A DNA stretch of 64,000 nt from Methanothrix sp. (GCA_963682135.1 OY821645.1:736001-800000), one strand, 5' to 3'; shown: positions 20,192 through 31,019, numbered from the stretch's first letter. Notes: generated by a model from the sequence alone, not told the origin. Made by a program: numbers and translations.

Positions 20192-20800
20192 TCAGAAGCT
20201 CAATGCTTGTCCCGGACAAGCCTCCACGCATCTGCCGCATTTAATGCAGTCTGGATTATCCTGGATCTCGATAATTGGAAGCTGCATAGGGCAAACCTTC
20301 TGGCACTTTTTGCAGTCGATGCATTTTTCCTTGTCCACTTTTAGATGGTACTTCTTGCCGCCCATTGCTCTTTGCAGCGTGCCCATGGGGCAAAAGGAGC
20401 ACCAGGTCCGGGGAGCTATGATTACACCAAAAAAAATGGCAATTGATGTGGTCAGAATGCAAAGCGTCACAAAAACCATTCCAATCTTGTCCACCATCCC
20501 ATCGGTCCGTATAATGCGAAAGATCATAAATCCCATAAGAGCAACGAAGATGGGAGCTCGCAGCCACATGCTCCTAAATTGAGGCGGAATCCTTAGCTTT
20601 CGGCTCAGGGGAGCCAGCCAGAAATCGACAAAGCTTCCTCGCGGGCAGAGATTTCCGCAAAACCATCTACCGCGAAAAGGAGCAATGATCATCAGGCTGG
20701 CAAAGACCAGCAAGAGAAAGTAGCCAAGCTTGGGATAAAATATGCCGCCAATGGATACTATCAATACTATGATTCCCAGATATGGAGTAATCTTCAGCAT
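20192..20800 (-). CDS. membrane 4Fe-4S binding protein (NapH/FixG-like)
   Basis: CGNLCPRG, CSFCPMG, two CxxCxxCxxxCP motifs, TM helices. Confidence 0.9.
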   Translation of the reverse strand: MLKITPYLGIIVLIVSIGGIFYPKLGYFLLLVFASLMIIAPFRGRWFCGNLCPRGSFVDFWLAPLSRKLRIPPQFRSMWLRAPIFVALMGFMIFRIIRTDGMVDKIGMVFVTLCILTTSIAIFFGVIIAPRTWCSFCPMGTLQRAMGGKKYHLKVDKEKCIDCKKCQKVCPMQLPIIEIQDNPDCIKCGRCVEACPGQALSF

Positions 20801-20900
20801 ATATTAGGGTTTATAAAGCCGGTAAAGCTATATAAACAATTCCTGACCGGTTAAGCTTTTAGCTATCAGCATCAAAACGATAGAAATAACTGAGTGTCGA

Positions 20901-22238
20901 GTGGTTCCTTTGGCCAAACTTCATAAAAAAACCTGCGGCATGATGAATGGCATGGATGAGTTCTCATCTGGAAAAGAAGAGAGCTATTGCCATTATGACC
21001 TAATTGTCGTCGGAGCCGGGCCTTCCGGGCTTTTTTGCGGCATAAACGCCATGCAAGCGGGCAAAAATATTCTGATTCTGGAAAAGAAGAACTCCCCAGG
21101 TCATAAGCTCCTCATCTCAGGGTCCGGCCAATGCAATATAACTCACGATGGCGATATTCAGGACTTTCTTGATCATTTTGGAGATCCGGGTCAAGGCAGA
21201 TTCCTGCGCCCGGCTCTTCTCGGCTTCACAAATAGCGATCTTATCTCCTTTTTTAAATCAAAAGGACTGGAAATGATCCGAGAAAAGGCAGGCAAGGTCT
21301 TTCCAGAGACCAGGCGGGCCAGGGATGTGCTCAATATCTTGATAGAGCAATGCCAGGAAAAGGGGATAGTCATCAAGTGCAACCAGGCGGTCATGGCCAT
21401 AACCAGAAATGAGGATAGTTTTCTGGTAAGCTGCAAAGAAAGCAGATATCGCAGCAGGCTGCTGGTAATAGCCACCGGTGGATGCTCTTATCCAGCCACC
21501 GGTTCGAGCGGAGACGGCTACAAGTTTGCCGAAATTCTCGGCCACAGCATAAGCGAGATCGGCCCGGCTCTAACCCCGCTTCTTACCAAGAATTATCCTT
21601 TCTCTGATCTGGCAGGGCTCTCGTTCCCGGATATGAAGATCTCGCTTTACCGTCACGCAAAAATCAGAGAGCATCAGGGCGACATTTTATTTACCCATGA
21701 GGGACTATCGGGCCCGGGAATTCTCGATTCATCCAGATATATTCGAGCAGGAGACATCTTGAAGCTCTCTTTTGTGCCTGAAGATAAACGAAAGACACTG
21801 GAAGAATGGCTTGTAAACAAGGCTCGAATGGAGGGAGATAGGATCTTATTGTCTGTGCTGGCGGATCTATCTCACGTTAAGCTTCCTGTTGTGCCACTCT
21901 ATCCCAGACTGATAAAGAGAATTCTGGAAATATCAGGAATACCTTCCGATCTGCAAATGGCTCAATTGACCAGAGAGAATCGCAGCTCCTTGGTAGATAG
22001 TCTTACAGGCTTTTCTCTGGTCGTATCCGATCTCTGCGACTATAACACCGCCATGGTTACCAGGGGAGGAGTGGAAAGGAAAGAGATCGATCCCAGGACC
22101 ATGCAGTCCCGGCTGGTTAAAGGACTGTATCTGGTGGGCGAAGTTTTGGATGTGGACGGGGATACGGGAGGCTATAACCTGCAAGCATCGTTCTCTACGG
22201 GAATGCTGGCCGCCCGGAGCATCAAGAACAATTGGTAG
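20901..22238 (+). CDS. HI0933/BaiN-family flavoprotein
   Basis: GAGPSG, SGSGQCNITH, ATGG.SYP.TGSSGDG, LFTHEGLSGP, TGGYNLQ; true start probably downstream. Confidence 0.93.
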   Translation: MVPLAKLHKKTCGMMNGMDEFSSGKEESYCHYDLIVVGAGPSGLFCGINAMQAGKNILILEKKNSPGHKLLISGSGQCNITHDGDIQDFLDHFGDPGQGRFLRPALLGFTNSDLISFFKSKGLEMIREKAGKVFPETRRARDVLNILIEQCQEKGIVIKCNQAVMAITRNEDSFLVSCKESRYRSRLLVIATGGCSYPATGSSGDGYKFAEILGHSISEIGPALTPLLTKNYPFSDLAGLSFPDMKISLYRHAKIREHQGDILFTHEGLSGPGILDSSRYIRAGDILKLSFVPEDKRKTLEEWLVNKARMEGDRILLSVLADLSHVKLPVVPLYPRLIKRILEISGIPSDLQMAQLTRENRSSLVDSLTGFSLVVSDLCDYNTAMVTRGGVERKEIDPRTMQSRLVKGLYLVGEVLDVDGDTGGYNLQASFSTGMLAARSIKNNW

Positions 22239-22278
22239 AAATCAGAAGGTTGGTGTTTTGATCCGCCGCAGAAAAGAA

Positions 22279-23139
22279 CTAAATCAGCGGCTCCGGCTGC
22301 TTGCCCTCCGGCGTCAGCGGCAGACTCGCCCGGTACATGGCCAGCGGCCCGGAGAAATGCAGTGCCCGGTTGAGGAGCAGGCGCTTTCCCTCAACAGTCA
22401 AGGCGAAGACGGGGATGGAGATGCCCATCTGCAGGCGCGACGTCTTTCCCACAATCTCCCGCACCGCTTTTGAGGCGCAGGACCAAACCAGATCGCAAGC
22501 TTCCGCCAGGATCTTGGCCTGCGCTTCGCTGATGCCGGTGGTGTGGACCGCCAGCAAGAATGGCCTGACCACTAGCCCGGCCCCCATCTCTCTGAGCGTA
22601 GCGGCATCATGGGCATTATTTCCGGCTAAGGTAATTGCGATCTTTTGAAATCCCGCCGCCACTGCCTTTTGGTAGCCTTGCAGCTGATCGACTGTTGCCT
22701 GCCGGTCGAGCAGAAGACAGCCCCTCTTCACCAGACCTTCCTGGATCTCTGCGATAGGTTCGGTCTCGATCAGTCCGGTCATGTGCGCTCCCACCGCCTG
22801 CAACACATCCGGCCTGGTCGCTACCACAGTTCCCGCGCCCTCGCAGACCACCACGGCACAATCCACCAGGCCCTCGCTCATGGCATCCATAAGGATCTCG
22901 GAGGCACCGAAGCTGACCGGCTTTTCCTGTAGCTCTAAAACCCGGTTGGGGCCGTACATTCCCAGCTCCCTTATGTGGCTTTGCAATACGCGTTCCACGC
23001 TCTCCCGGCTCTCTTCAACAATGCCGTACAGATCCCGGCGCAGGGGGCAATAGCTAACGCCGGGATCGGTCAGAACCTCAATCTTGCCGTCTTTGACCCT
23101 GATACGGGCTTTCGCCATCTCCAGAAGATGCTCGGACAT
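22279..23139 (-). CDS. methanogenesis marker protein 8 (DUF2099)
   Basis: EHLLEM.KAR, FGASE, VCEGAGTVV, AVHTTG, CASK. Confidence 0.88.
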   Translation of the reverse strand: MSEHLLEMAKARIRVKDGKIEVLTDPGVSYCPLRRDLYGIVEESRESVERVLQSHIRELGMYGPNRVLELQEKPVSFGASEILMDAMSEGLVDCAVVVCEGAGTVVATRPDVLQAVGAHMTGLIETEPIAEIQEGLVKRGCLLLDRQATVDQLQGYQKAVAAGFQKIAITLAGNNAHDAATLREMGAGLVVRPFLLAVHTTGISEAQAKILAEACDLVWSCASKAVREIVGKTSRLQMGISIPVFALTVEGKRLLLNRALHFSGPLAMYRASLPLTPEGKQPEPLI

Positions 23140-23144
23140 TTTAT

Positions 23145-23303
23145 TTACCTGGCAATCCTGGTATTCGTTGATTTGCAGCGCGGGCAGGGCAATTTGTAGC
23201 CAAATCCCCTAAAGAGCATGCTGCAGTCCTGGCACCTGTAATTCTTGGCAAAGACTTCTTCCATGCTGCCCAGATCTACACCACATCCGCAGGTGGCACA
23301 CAT
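23145..23303 (-). CDS. 52-aa zinc-ribbon microprotein
   Basis: MCATCGCGVDLGSMEEVFAKNYRCQDCSMLFRGFGYKLPCPRCKSTNTRIAR*; paralogous to 19600..19752. Confidence 0.8.
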   Translation of the reverse strand: MCATCGCGVDLGSMEEVFAKNYRCQDCSMLFRGFGYKLPCPRCKSTNTRIAR

Positions 23304-23372
23304 AAATAGAAATAGCATCCTGATCGTAAATATGTTATCCTGATGATGGGTTATGGTAAAGAGGTATAAAAA

Positions 23373-24323
23373 ATGACCCATGAAAATTCGAAAAGCGATT
23401 CCGAGAAGAAATTGACTCCCCTCCAGTTTCATGTGACCCAGCAATGTGGGACAGAGCCGCCTTTCCAGAATGAATTCTGGAATAACAAAAAAGCTGGCAT
23501 CTATGTAGATGTGGTATCCGGTGAACCTCTCTTCAGCTCCCTGGATAAATTCGATTCAGGTACCGGTTGGCCCAGCTTCACCAGGCCTTTGAAAGATGAA
23601 AATGTTGTCGAAAAAGTTGATAGCAGCTACGGCATGACTCGGATGGAAGTGCGCAGCAAGAATGCAAATTCGCATCTGGGTCATGTATTCGATGACGGAC
23701 CCGCTGCTACTGGGCAGCGCTACTGCATCAACTCCGCATCTTTGCGATTCGTTCCTGCCGAGGATCTGGAAAGAGAGGGATATGGTGAATACGCAAAGCT
23801 TTTCAAAATAACCAAAAATGCAGAAAAGGCGGATACAGATCTTCAGACTGCCACCTTTGCCGCCGGATGTTTCTGGGGCGTGGAATCCGTTTTCCAGAAG
23901 GTCAAGGGCGTTGTGGAGACAACCGCTGGCTACACGGGCGGAACAACTCTAGGTCCCACCTACCGCCAGGTTTGCACAGGCATTACCGGCCACGCCGAGG
24001 CGGTGCAGATTTTATTTGATGCGAAGAGAGTATCCTACGAAGAGCTTCTCTCTCTCTTCTGGAGGATGCATGATCCCACCACACCAAATCGCCAGGGTCC
24101 GGATGTGGGAACACAATACCGCTCTGCCATCTTCTACCATAGCGAGGAGCAAAGAAAGGCGGCGGAGAGATCAAAAGAAGAATTCGACCGCTCCGGAGTC
24201 TACATAAACAAAGCGACAACCCGGATTATTCCGGCATCGACCTTCTATGCAGCGGAAGATTATCATCAGGACTATTTTGAAAAGCAGGAAGGCGGATCCT
24301 GTCATATTTTAAGGAAGAAATAA
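23373..24323 (+). CDS. msrAB: bifunctional methionine sulfoxide reductase MsrB-MsrA
   Basis: [27 protein letters not shown] (MsrB); GCFWG, GHAEAV, YHQDY (MsrA). Confidence 0.96.
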   Translation: MTHENSKSDSEKKLTPLQFHVTQQCGTEPPFQNEFWNNKKAGIYVDVVSGEPLFSSLDKFDSGTGWPSFTRPLKDENVVEKVDSSYGMTRMEVRSKNANSHLGHVFDDGPAATGQRYCINSASLRFVPAEDLEREGYGEYAKLFKITKNAEKADTDLQTATFAAGCFWGVESVFQKVKGVVETTAGYTGGTTLGPTYRQVCTGITGHAEAVQILFDAKRVSYEELLSLFWRMHDPTTPNRQGPDVGTQYRSAIFYHSEEQRKAAERSKEEFDRSGVYINKATTRIIPASTFYAAEDYHQDYFEKQEGGSCHILRKK

Positions 24324-24445
24324 GGCTGAATTAGAGTGCAGAGCAGCGCCTGGAGCTGGGCACTGGGCGAGCCTTCACTTTATTGCTTCAACTATTTGAA
24401 TCCAATGGAAAAGTATTTGTTATCATTATTCCACAATAGTTTCTG

Positions 24446-25801
24446 ATGTCCCTAAAACCTATCTCAATGGGACCAATAATTGTTCTGGCAATTTTTTTGG
24501 CAGTCTCTGCTGCAGAGGCGTCCCAGACAAATGGTCCTGCATCATCAGCGTCCTATTCTAAAAACCCCTCCATTGTAAAGGATGAAGTCTTCATAGCCAA
24601 GGAGAATGGAACCCAGGTGGAGTGGCGGCACATAGTCTTGAAAGGAAACAACACTCAGATAGGAATGGCCCAGGCTGAGATCGCCCTGAGAGATTATGGC
24701 GTCAAATCTCTGACGCGATATGCCGATCCAGTCTATGGCAAGGCCAGACAGACCTACATGGATAGGAACTATCCCATGATGAGGGAGAGGATGAAAGGCA
24801 TAGCTATGGCTTATGGGCTCTCTTCAGACAATGCCTCATTCGATACCATCACCTTACCCTACGATATGGGGTCTCTGGCCTGCTCCATGATCTACTTCCC
24901 GCCCCAGACGGCAGCAAACGGCCATGCCATAACCTCGAGGAATTTGGAGTGGTTCCTGGTTCCCATGGATTTATACCTGAATAGGACGGAGAACGCGACC
25001 GGAAATAGCACATCCACAAGGAACTTCTTATTAGAGATCTATCCAGATCAGGGATACTCGACTATAGCTATTGGCACCTCTGATCTGAACATAGTCATCG
25101 ATGGCCTTAACTCAGCGGGTTTGGGTATATCTCTGCTGGTGGATGAAGGGATGGAACCGGTCCTGAAGATGCCCCTTTCCGGTGATAGAAGCAGCGGGAT
25201 AATGAGCGCACAGATGAGCCGGCTCGTTCTTGATACATGCAAGAGTGTGGAGGAGGCAAAGATAGCATTCCTGGCCAATAAAGAGTACTTCCCAATGGCG
25301 GGAGTGCATTACATGGTCTATGACAGTCAGGGAAATTCTGCGATTATCGAATGGAACAGGACTGACGGGAATCTGTACTTCACAGACGGCAACCGCAGTA
25401 AGCCCAATATTATGACCAATCACCCCATGTTCATATTCTCCAATTACACTTCGAAGGACATGCAAAGAGAGGGTCTGCTTCCGCTTAACGATGCATACGA
25501 CACATTTAACCGCTACGTGAGGCTCGATAATTTCACCAGCAGCCATGTGGGAAAATTTTCTGAGGAGGATGCAGCCGCGGCGCTCCGTGAGGTCTTCGCA
25601 AACAAGATGGTAATGGTCGAGGGGGCCCCAAAACCACTTCCGATCAATACGATATATAATGTCATCTTAGACTTGAACGAAAGAAGTCTGAATGTGAAGT
25701 TTTACCTCAAGAACGGGCCTTTTGATCCGGATACAGACGAGACTACTTCGGTCTTCACTCCCTACATGACCTTTAAAATGAATGATTCAACTCAGCAATA
25801 G
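24446..25801 (+). CDS. secreted Ntn-hydrolase (C45/choloylglycine hydrolase-like)
   Basis: Signal peptide, CS nucleophile, SRNLEW, DGLNSAGL, TNH. Confidence 0.8.
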   Translation: MSLKPISMGPIIVLAIFLAVSAAEASQTNGPASSASYSKNPSIVKDEVFIAKENGTQVEWRHIVLKGNNTQIGMAQAEIALRDYGVKSLTRYADPVYGKARQTYMDRNYPMMRERMKGIAMAYGLSSDNASFDTITLPYDMGSLACSMIYFPPQTAANGHAITSRNLEWFLVPMDLYLNRTENATGNSTSTRNFLLEIYPDQGYSTIAIGTSDLNIVIDGLNSAGLGISLLVDEGMEPVLKMPLSGDRSSGIMSAQMSRLVLDTCKSVEEAKIAFLANKEYFPMAGVHYMVYDSQGNSAIIEWNRTDGNLYFTDGNRSKPNIMTNHPMFIFSNYTSKDMQREGLLPLNDAYDTFNRYVRLDNFTSSHVGKFSEEDAAAALREVFANKMVMVEGAPKPLPINTIYNVILDLNERSLNVKFYLKNGPFDPDTDETTSVFTPYMTFKMNDSTQQ

Positions 25802-25848
25802 TGAGGAGCCGATCCGGATCTGCCAATTTTTTTAGCGCAATTCCCCAA

Positions 25849-26805
25849 TCAAATCTCCTGCTTAAATACCTCCACCAGCGAGTCTTTGGCCTTTTTCATC
25901 ACTTCAGTAGGACAGGTCTTGTAAGCCCGCTGCAGCGGCTCTATCGCCCTAACATCCGCAATTTCTCCCAGGCTCCAGGCCGCCCAGGCCCTTATCTCCT
26001 CGTCCTCCCCTGCGAACATGGTCTGGACCAGGGTATCCAGTGCCTTGTTATGGCCGATCTCGCCGAGGGTTGTAACGGCTGTGTAGCGAACCTGCCATTC
26101 AGGGTCCTGCAAGGCCTGCAAAGCCAGATCACAGGCTTCTTCTCCCTTCATCTTGCCCAGGGATTTTAGTGCCTCGCAGCGGACGGCACTCTCACTATCC
26201 TGCAAAGCCAGGGCCAGCCAGCCCAAGGCCTCATTGCAGTCTACCTTGCAGGCTACCTCTCCCATGAAGGCTGCCACTCGGCGTCTAACCTCCAGGTCTT
26301 CATCCTGCATCAACCTTGCCACATCCTGCAAAGATTCCCTGTGTCCGATCTTGGCAAGACCCGTCACTGCCATGCCCCTGATCTCGGGATCGCTGTAGCT
26401 CAGGAGATCACGCAGAGCTTCTGCTGCCTCAAGCTTTCGCAGCGCTACTGCCGCTCGCAGACGAACATCTTTGGAGCTGTCCCGCTTCATGGCTAGAACC
26501 AATGCTGTGATCGCCTCCTGGCTATTGATTGCTTCCAGGGCGGCAGCGCACCATTCGCGAACCACATGATCGGGATCATTCAGCATGGCCCGGCAGAGCG
26601 GTTCTACTCCGCTGGGGCTTGCGATCTTGCCTAAAATCCAGGCGGATTTGTATCTCAGATCTGAGAACTCGCCGCTCTCCAGAGCAATGGCCGTCTGTTC
26701 CACGGATGACTCCCCCAGATTCACCAGGGCCCATGCCGCCTTTTGGCGTTCGAAGTAGTCATCGCTCTTGCCGAGTAATTCGATCAATTCACGAGCCTTG
26801 TCCAT
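25849..26805 (-). CDS. HEAT-repeat (PBS lyase-like) protein
   Basis: Repeated D..VR..AA.ALG units. Confidence 0.92.
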   Translation of the reverse strand: MDKARELIELLGKSDDYFERQKAAWALVNLGESSVEQTAIALESGEFSDLRYKSAWILGKIASPSGVEPLCRAMLNDPDHVVREWCAAALEAINSQEAITALVLAMKRDSSKDVRLRAAVALRKLEAAEALRDLLSYSDPEIRGMAVTGLAKIGHRESLQDVARLMQDEDLEVRRRVAAFMGEVACKVDCNEALGWLALALQDSESAVRCEALKSLGKMKGEEACDLALQALQDPEWQVRYTAVTTLGEIGHNKALDTLVQTMFAGEDEEIRAWAAWSLGEIADVRAIEPLQRAYKTCPTEVMKKAKDSLVEVFKQEI

Positions 26806-26907
26806 GCTGATTGTTCGAACCTGCCGTCATTTAAGCTTTATCAATAAATAAGATTAAATCTACGTGCTGGTTAGTCACCCTGTAGAAAAGATAATCGGGA
26901 ACGAATT

Positions 26908-27822
26908 ATGGGATATCTCTTTGGGCCGGTATTATCTCGTCGCCTGGGCCTGTCCATGGGTGTGGACCTGCTCAAGTATAAGACCTGCAACCTGGATTGC
27001 GTCTACTGTGAGTTGGGCCGTACTGCCTGCTTAACTTCATGCCGGGATCGTTTCGTGCCCAGGCAAAAGGTCATAAGAGAGATCGAACTCAAACGGGCCG
27101 AGCCTTTTGACCATCTCACATTCGCCGGATCGGGAGAGCCGACGTTAAGCCTTGACCTGGGGGAGATCGTGACCCAGGCCAAGAAGATTGTTGACACTCC
27201 GGTGGCAGTGATCACCAATAGCACGCTACTTTCCAGCCCATCCGTTCGAAAAGAGGTTTCGGCTGCGGATGTGGTCCTACCGTCGTTGGATGCTGTCAGC
27301 CAGACGGCTTTTCAGGCTATCAACAGGCCGGCACCGGGCCTGATGGCTGCAGAGATGATCCAGGGCTTAAAGGACTTCAGGAAGGAATTTTCCGGTGAGA
27401 TCTGGCTCGAGGTGATGCTGGTGAAGGGCATTAACGATGAGGAGGCGGAAGTGATCGCCAGGGCGGCAGAGGCTACACAGCCGGACAGAATCCAGCTCAA
27501 CACTGTGGTCAGAACGCCAGCAGAACCAGTTGAAGCCCTGAGCGAAGAGGAGATGAAAAGGATGCTGGAGATATTCCCCGGCGCAGAGTTGATACCGGAC
27601 TGGGACTGGAGCGTACCAGGTCGTATCCGTGACCGGCTGATAGATCTTCTCATAACCCGGCCCAGCACTCTGGAAGAGATAAGCCGACAAATGGAAATCG
27701 AAGGAAGCGATGCCATCAAGTACTGCAAGATCCTGGAGAAGGACGGCCTGATATCCAGAAAGCTGCACTGCGGGAAGCTCTTTTTTCATGCTGCCGATAA
27801 ATTAATAAATAAGATGGAATAA
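26908..27822 (+). CDS. radical SAM protein (COG0731-like)
   Basis: FGPVLSRRLGLSMGVD, CNLDCVYC, GSGEPTL. Confidence 0.9.
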   Translation: MGYLFGPVLSRRLGLSMGVDLLKYKTCNLDCVYCELGRTACLTSCRDRFVPRQKVIREIELKRAEPFDHLTFAGSGEPTLSLDLGEIVTQAKKIVDTPVAVITNSTLLSSPSVRKEVSAADVVLPSLDAVSQTAFQAINRPAPGLMAAEMIQGLKDFRKEFSGEIWLEVMLVKGINDEEAEVIARAAEATQPDRIQLNTVVRTPAEPVEALSEEEMKRMLEIFPGAELIPDWDWSVPGRIRDRLIDLLITRPSTLEEISRQMEIEGSDAIKYCKILEKDGLISRKLHCGKLFFHAADKLINKME

Positions 27823-27879
27823 TAATTGTAACCATTGTTATACAAATCATATTAAACAATTGCATGCCAACCAAGCGGA

Positions 27880-28740
27880 ATGACTTCCATGACAAAACAA
27901 AGCAACAATTGTGAAACATGCGCCCAGAAGGGCTCCTGTAAGGATCCTGGTGACGGCCAAGAGTGCACCTGCAAAGTCGATCGCATGGCCAGAATCAAGC
28001 ACAAGATCATCATCGCCAGCGGCAAGGGGGGCGTAGGCAAGAGCACTGTTTCCGTCAACCTGGCGCGCGCTCTGCAGATGAAGGGTCTACGGGTCGGTAT
28101 ACTGGACGGCGATATCACCGGTCCGGATATTCCCAAGCTTCTGGGAATCGAGGATGAAAGGCTGAAGCAGGGAGCAGAGGGAATTGAACCAGCCGGGGCC
28201 GAGGGCATCAAGGCCGCCTCCATGGCTCTGATTCTCACCAATCGCGATACGCCGGTCGTCTGGCGCGGGCCCATGAAGATGGCCGCCATCAAGCAGTTCA
28301 TCCAGGATGTTAACTGGGGCGATCTTGATTTCTTGCTGGTAGACATGCCGCCGGGCACCAGCGATGAGCCGCTCTCCGTGGTGCAGCTTATCCCTGAGCT
28401 GGCCGGGGCGATAATAGTAACCACTCCCCAGGATGTCGCGCTCCTTGACAGCCGAAAAGCGGTGAACATGGTCAAGGCCATGAAGATTCCAGTGCTCGGC
28501 ATAGTGGAGAACATGTCAGGCCTGGTCTGCCCGCATTGCGGCGAGAGCATAAGCATCTTTGGCTCCGGCGGGGGCGAGAAGATGGCTGAGGAGATGGATG
28601 TGCCCTTCCTGGGAGCAATTCCCATGGACCCAAAGGTCTGCGCTTTGGGCGATCGCGGACAGACTTTTGTGCAGAGCGGTACGCTGGCAGGCGGCAGCTT
28701 CAACAAGATCGTGGAGAGGCTGCTGGAGATGTTCAATTAG
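27880..28740 (+). CDS. mrp: Mrp/NBP35 Fe-S cluster carrier ATPase
   Basis: SGKGGVGKS, WRGP, DMPPGTSD, ENMS...CPHC. Confidence 0.95.
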   Translation: MTSMTKQSNNCETCAQKGSCKDPGDGQECTCKVDRMARIKHKIIIASGKGGVGKSTVSVNLARALQMKGLRVGILDGDITGPDIPKLLGIEDERLKQGAEGIEPAGAEGIKAASMALILTNRDTPVVWRGPMKMAAIKQFIQDVNWGDLDFLLVDMPPGTSDEPLSVVQLIPELAGAIIVTTPQDVALLDSRKAVNMVKAMKIPVLGIVENMSGLVCPHCGESISIFGSGGGEKMAEEMDVPFLGAIPMDPKVCALGDRGQTFVQSGTLAGGSFNKIVERLLEMFN

Positions 28741-28777
28741 CTGCCTTTTAATATCTGAGGCGCATTAAGAGAGGGCG

Positions 28778-29566
28778 ATGCATCGCATACTGGTCAGCAA
28801 CGACGACGGCGTTTATGCCTCCGGCTTGCAGGCTGCCGCTAAAGCCGTGCAGGGTTTGGGTCAGGTAATAGTAGCCGCTCCTTCCGGGCAGAAGAGCGGC
28901 GTAGGAAGATCGGTTTCCGTCTTTGAGCCGCTGCGTTACGCCCAGGTGAATTTTAATGGCTTTCAGGCCTATGCCGTCACCGGGACTCCCGTGGATTCCG
29001 TCATCATCGGCATCTTCGCTATCATGAAAGGCGAACTGCCCGACCTCGTCGTATCAGGAATTAATGTGGGCGAGAACATCAGCACTGATACCGTCACCAC
29101 CAGCGGGACCATCGGCGCAGCTCTTGAGGCTGCCAGTTACGGTATCCCCTCCATTGCCGCATCCATTCAGGTCGTAGACCAGGGCGATAAATTCGATATG
29201 CACCATGGAGCGAAGCACAACTTTGAGGTAGCGACCATTGTGCTTCGCCGCGTGGCAGGCAAGGTGCTGGAGCACGGCCTTCCCCAAGGCGTTGATGTCC
29301 TGAATCTGAATGTTCCGGCTGATGCTACAGAGGATACGGAGATAGTTGTCACCCGTCTGGCTCGCAAGATATTCAAGACTACTGTGCAAGAGCGCTTTGA
29401 TCCGAGGGGCAGGCCCTACTACTGGATTGATGGCGATCTGATCCGATCGGATGCAGAGGGCACGGATGTGCAGACGATCTATCAGGACCAGAAGATCTCT
29501 CTGACGCCGCTCACGCTGGACTCGACTGCCAGGATTGATTTCGAGCAGATCGAGTGCATGTTTTAA
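28778..29566 (+). CDS. surE: 5'/3'-nucleotidase SurE
   Basis: SNDDG, GTPVDSV, SGINVGEN, SGTIGAA, DPRGRPYYW. Confidence 0.96.
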   Translation: MHRILVSNDDGVYASGLQAAAKAVQGLGQVIVAAPSGQKSGVGRSVSVFEPLRYAQVNFNGFQAYAVTGTPVDSVIIGIFAIMKGELPDLVVSGINVGENISTDTVTTSGTIGAALEAASYGIPSIAASIQVVDQGDKFDMHHGAKHNFEVATIVLRRVAGKVLEHGLPQGVDVLNLNVPADATEDTEIVVTRLARKIFKTTVQERFDPRGRPYYWIDGDLIRSDAEGTDVQTIYQDQKISLTPLTLDSTARIDFEQIECMF

Positions 29567-29579
29567 TATATAGATTCAT

Positions 29580-30149
29580 GTGGCGGGAAAAGTCCATTTA
29601 TCTGAAAAGAGAAACGACCCACTCATGATTGAACTGTCCAGCGACCCTTATGTTCTGAAGCCCAGGAATACGCCTTTGACGGAAGCTGACTTTCGGCTTC
29701 ATCTTAATATAAGCTGGTGTCGCGGCGTCCTCTTCAATGTAGTGGCGCTAAAGAACGCTATCGCCGTGGTGGAGTATGACGCCCTGCTCTGGTCCGATGA
29801 TTCCATCATGTTTGTGGAGTACAAGGATTCAGTTGCAGCCTACAAAGATCTCTCTTCTCGAAGAGTGCAACAGATGAACAGCTTCGCCAAGAATATTTCC
29901 CGGGGACTGGGCTACAAAAGTTTTGCATTCATAGTAGTTGTAAAGGGGCTGGAAGAAGGAACAAACAAAGGTGGTGTAGAGGTCATGCCGCTCTTTGAAT
30001 TAGGGAGCTATCAGCCCATCTTTGTCTCGTCCATCACCGAACTGGAATATCTGAACAAGATGATCGCAAAATATACTCGCGAGGGTAAAGATGATTTTGT
30101 AAAAGAGCTGGATAAGCTCAAGAAGATCTTTGAGATGGAGCAGGCCTAA
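29580..30149 (+). CDS. hypothetical protein, possible PD-(D/E)XK fold
   Basis: EYDALL...FVEYK resembles E-x-D...E-x-K nuclease core. Confidence 0.55.
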   Translation: MAGKVHLSEKRNDPLMIELSSDPYVLKPRNTPLTEADFRLHLNISWCRGVLFNVVALKNAIAVVEYDALLWSDDSIMFVEYKDSVAAYKDLSSRRVQQMNSFAKNISRGLGYKSFAFIVVVKGLEEGTNKGGVEVMPLFELGSYQPIFVSSITELEYLNKMIAKYTREGKDDFVKELDKLKKIFEMEQA

Positions 30150-30170
30150 AGGAAATCGCCTGAGATATTC

Positions 30171-31019
30171 ATGAGAGGATACGCATGGGCAAACGGCGCT
30201 GCCACAATTCTCAATGCAGTGGCCACCTGGAAGGGAGCGGCCTTCGGAATCGAGCTTAAGATGCGAGCGGAAGTGGAGCTGAACAATTCCGGCGACATCT
30301 TGGGAGACGTACCTGGGGTGGACACCCGCCTCATCGAGACCTGTGTGCGCATGGTGCAAGAGCGACTGGGCTATAGCTACGGAGCAGTAGTGCGAACCTA
30401 CAGCGAAATTCCTGTGGCCGGCGGCCTGAAGAGCAGCAGTACCGCTGCCAACGCCACCATCCTGGCAACCCTGGATGCTCTGCAAGAAGATCTGGACCTT
30501 GTAGAAGCGGCCAAGATAGGCGTGGCCGCCGCACGGGAGGTGGGAGTGACCATTACCGGTGCTCTGGACGATGCATTGGCTTCAATGCTGGGCGGAGTTG
30601 TGGTTACCGACAATCGCCAGATGGCGTTGCTCAAGCGAGAGGAGTTCTCGTGCTATGTAATGCTCCTCATTCCTGATCGAAAGCTCTTCTCCAGTGACAC
30701 CAATACCTCCCGTTCCCAGCTCATTGCGCCAGTCGCGGATGTAGTCTATGAGCTGGCTATGCGCGGCGATTATGCCCGGGCCATGACACTGAACGGCCTG
30801 GCATATTGCGCCGCGTTGGGACTGCCAACCGAGCCGATGCTCCTGGCGCTGGAGGCAGGTAGCAAAGGGGTTAGCCTCTCAGGAACAGGACCCTCTTATG
30901 CGGCAATTATCGATGAAGATAAGATGGACGCTCTTGAATCTGCCTGGAGACCGCTGGGCGGAAGAGTGATAAGAACGAAAGCTAATAATAAGTGCGCATC
31001 CAAAGGGCGGGGAATTTGA
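30171..31019 (+). CDS. aroK: archaeal (GHMP) shikimate kinase
   Basis: GAATILNAVATWKG, GLKSSS, TGALDDA, SGTGPS. Confidence 0.95.
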   Translation: MRGYAWANGAATILNAVATWKGAAFGIELKMRAEVELNNSGDILGDVPGVDTRLIETCVRMVQERLGYSYGAVVRTYSEIPVAGGLKSSSTAANATILATLDALQEDLDLVEAAKIGVAAAREVGVTITGALDDALASMLGGVVVTDNRQMALLKREEFSCYVMLLIPDRKLFSSDTNTSRSQLIAPVADVVYELAMRGDYARAMTLNGLAYCAALGLPTEPMLLALEAGSKGVSLSGTGPSYAAIIDEDKMDALESAWRPLGGRVIRTKANNKCASKGRGI

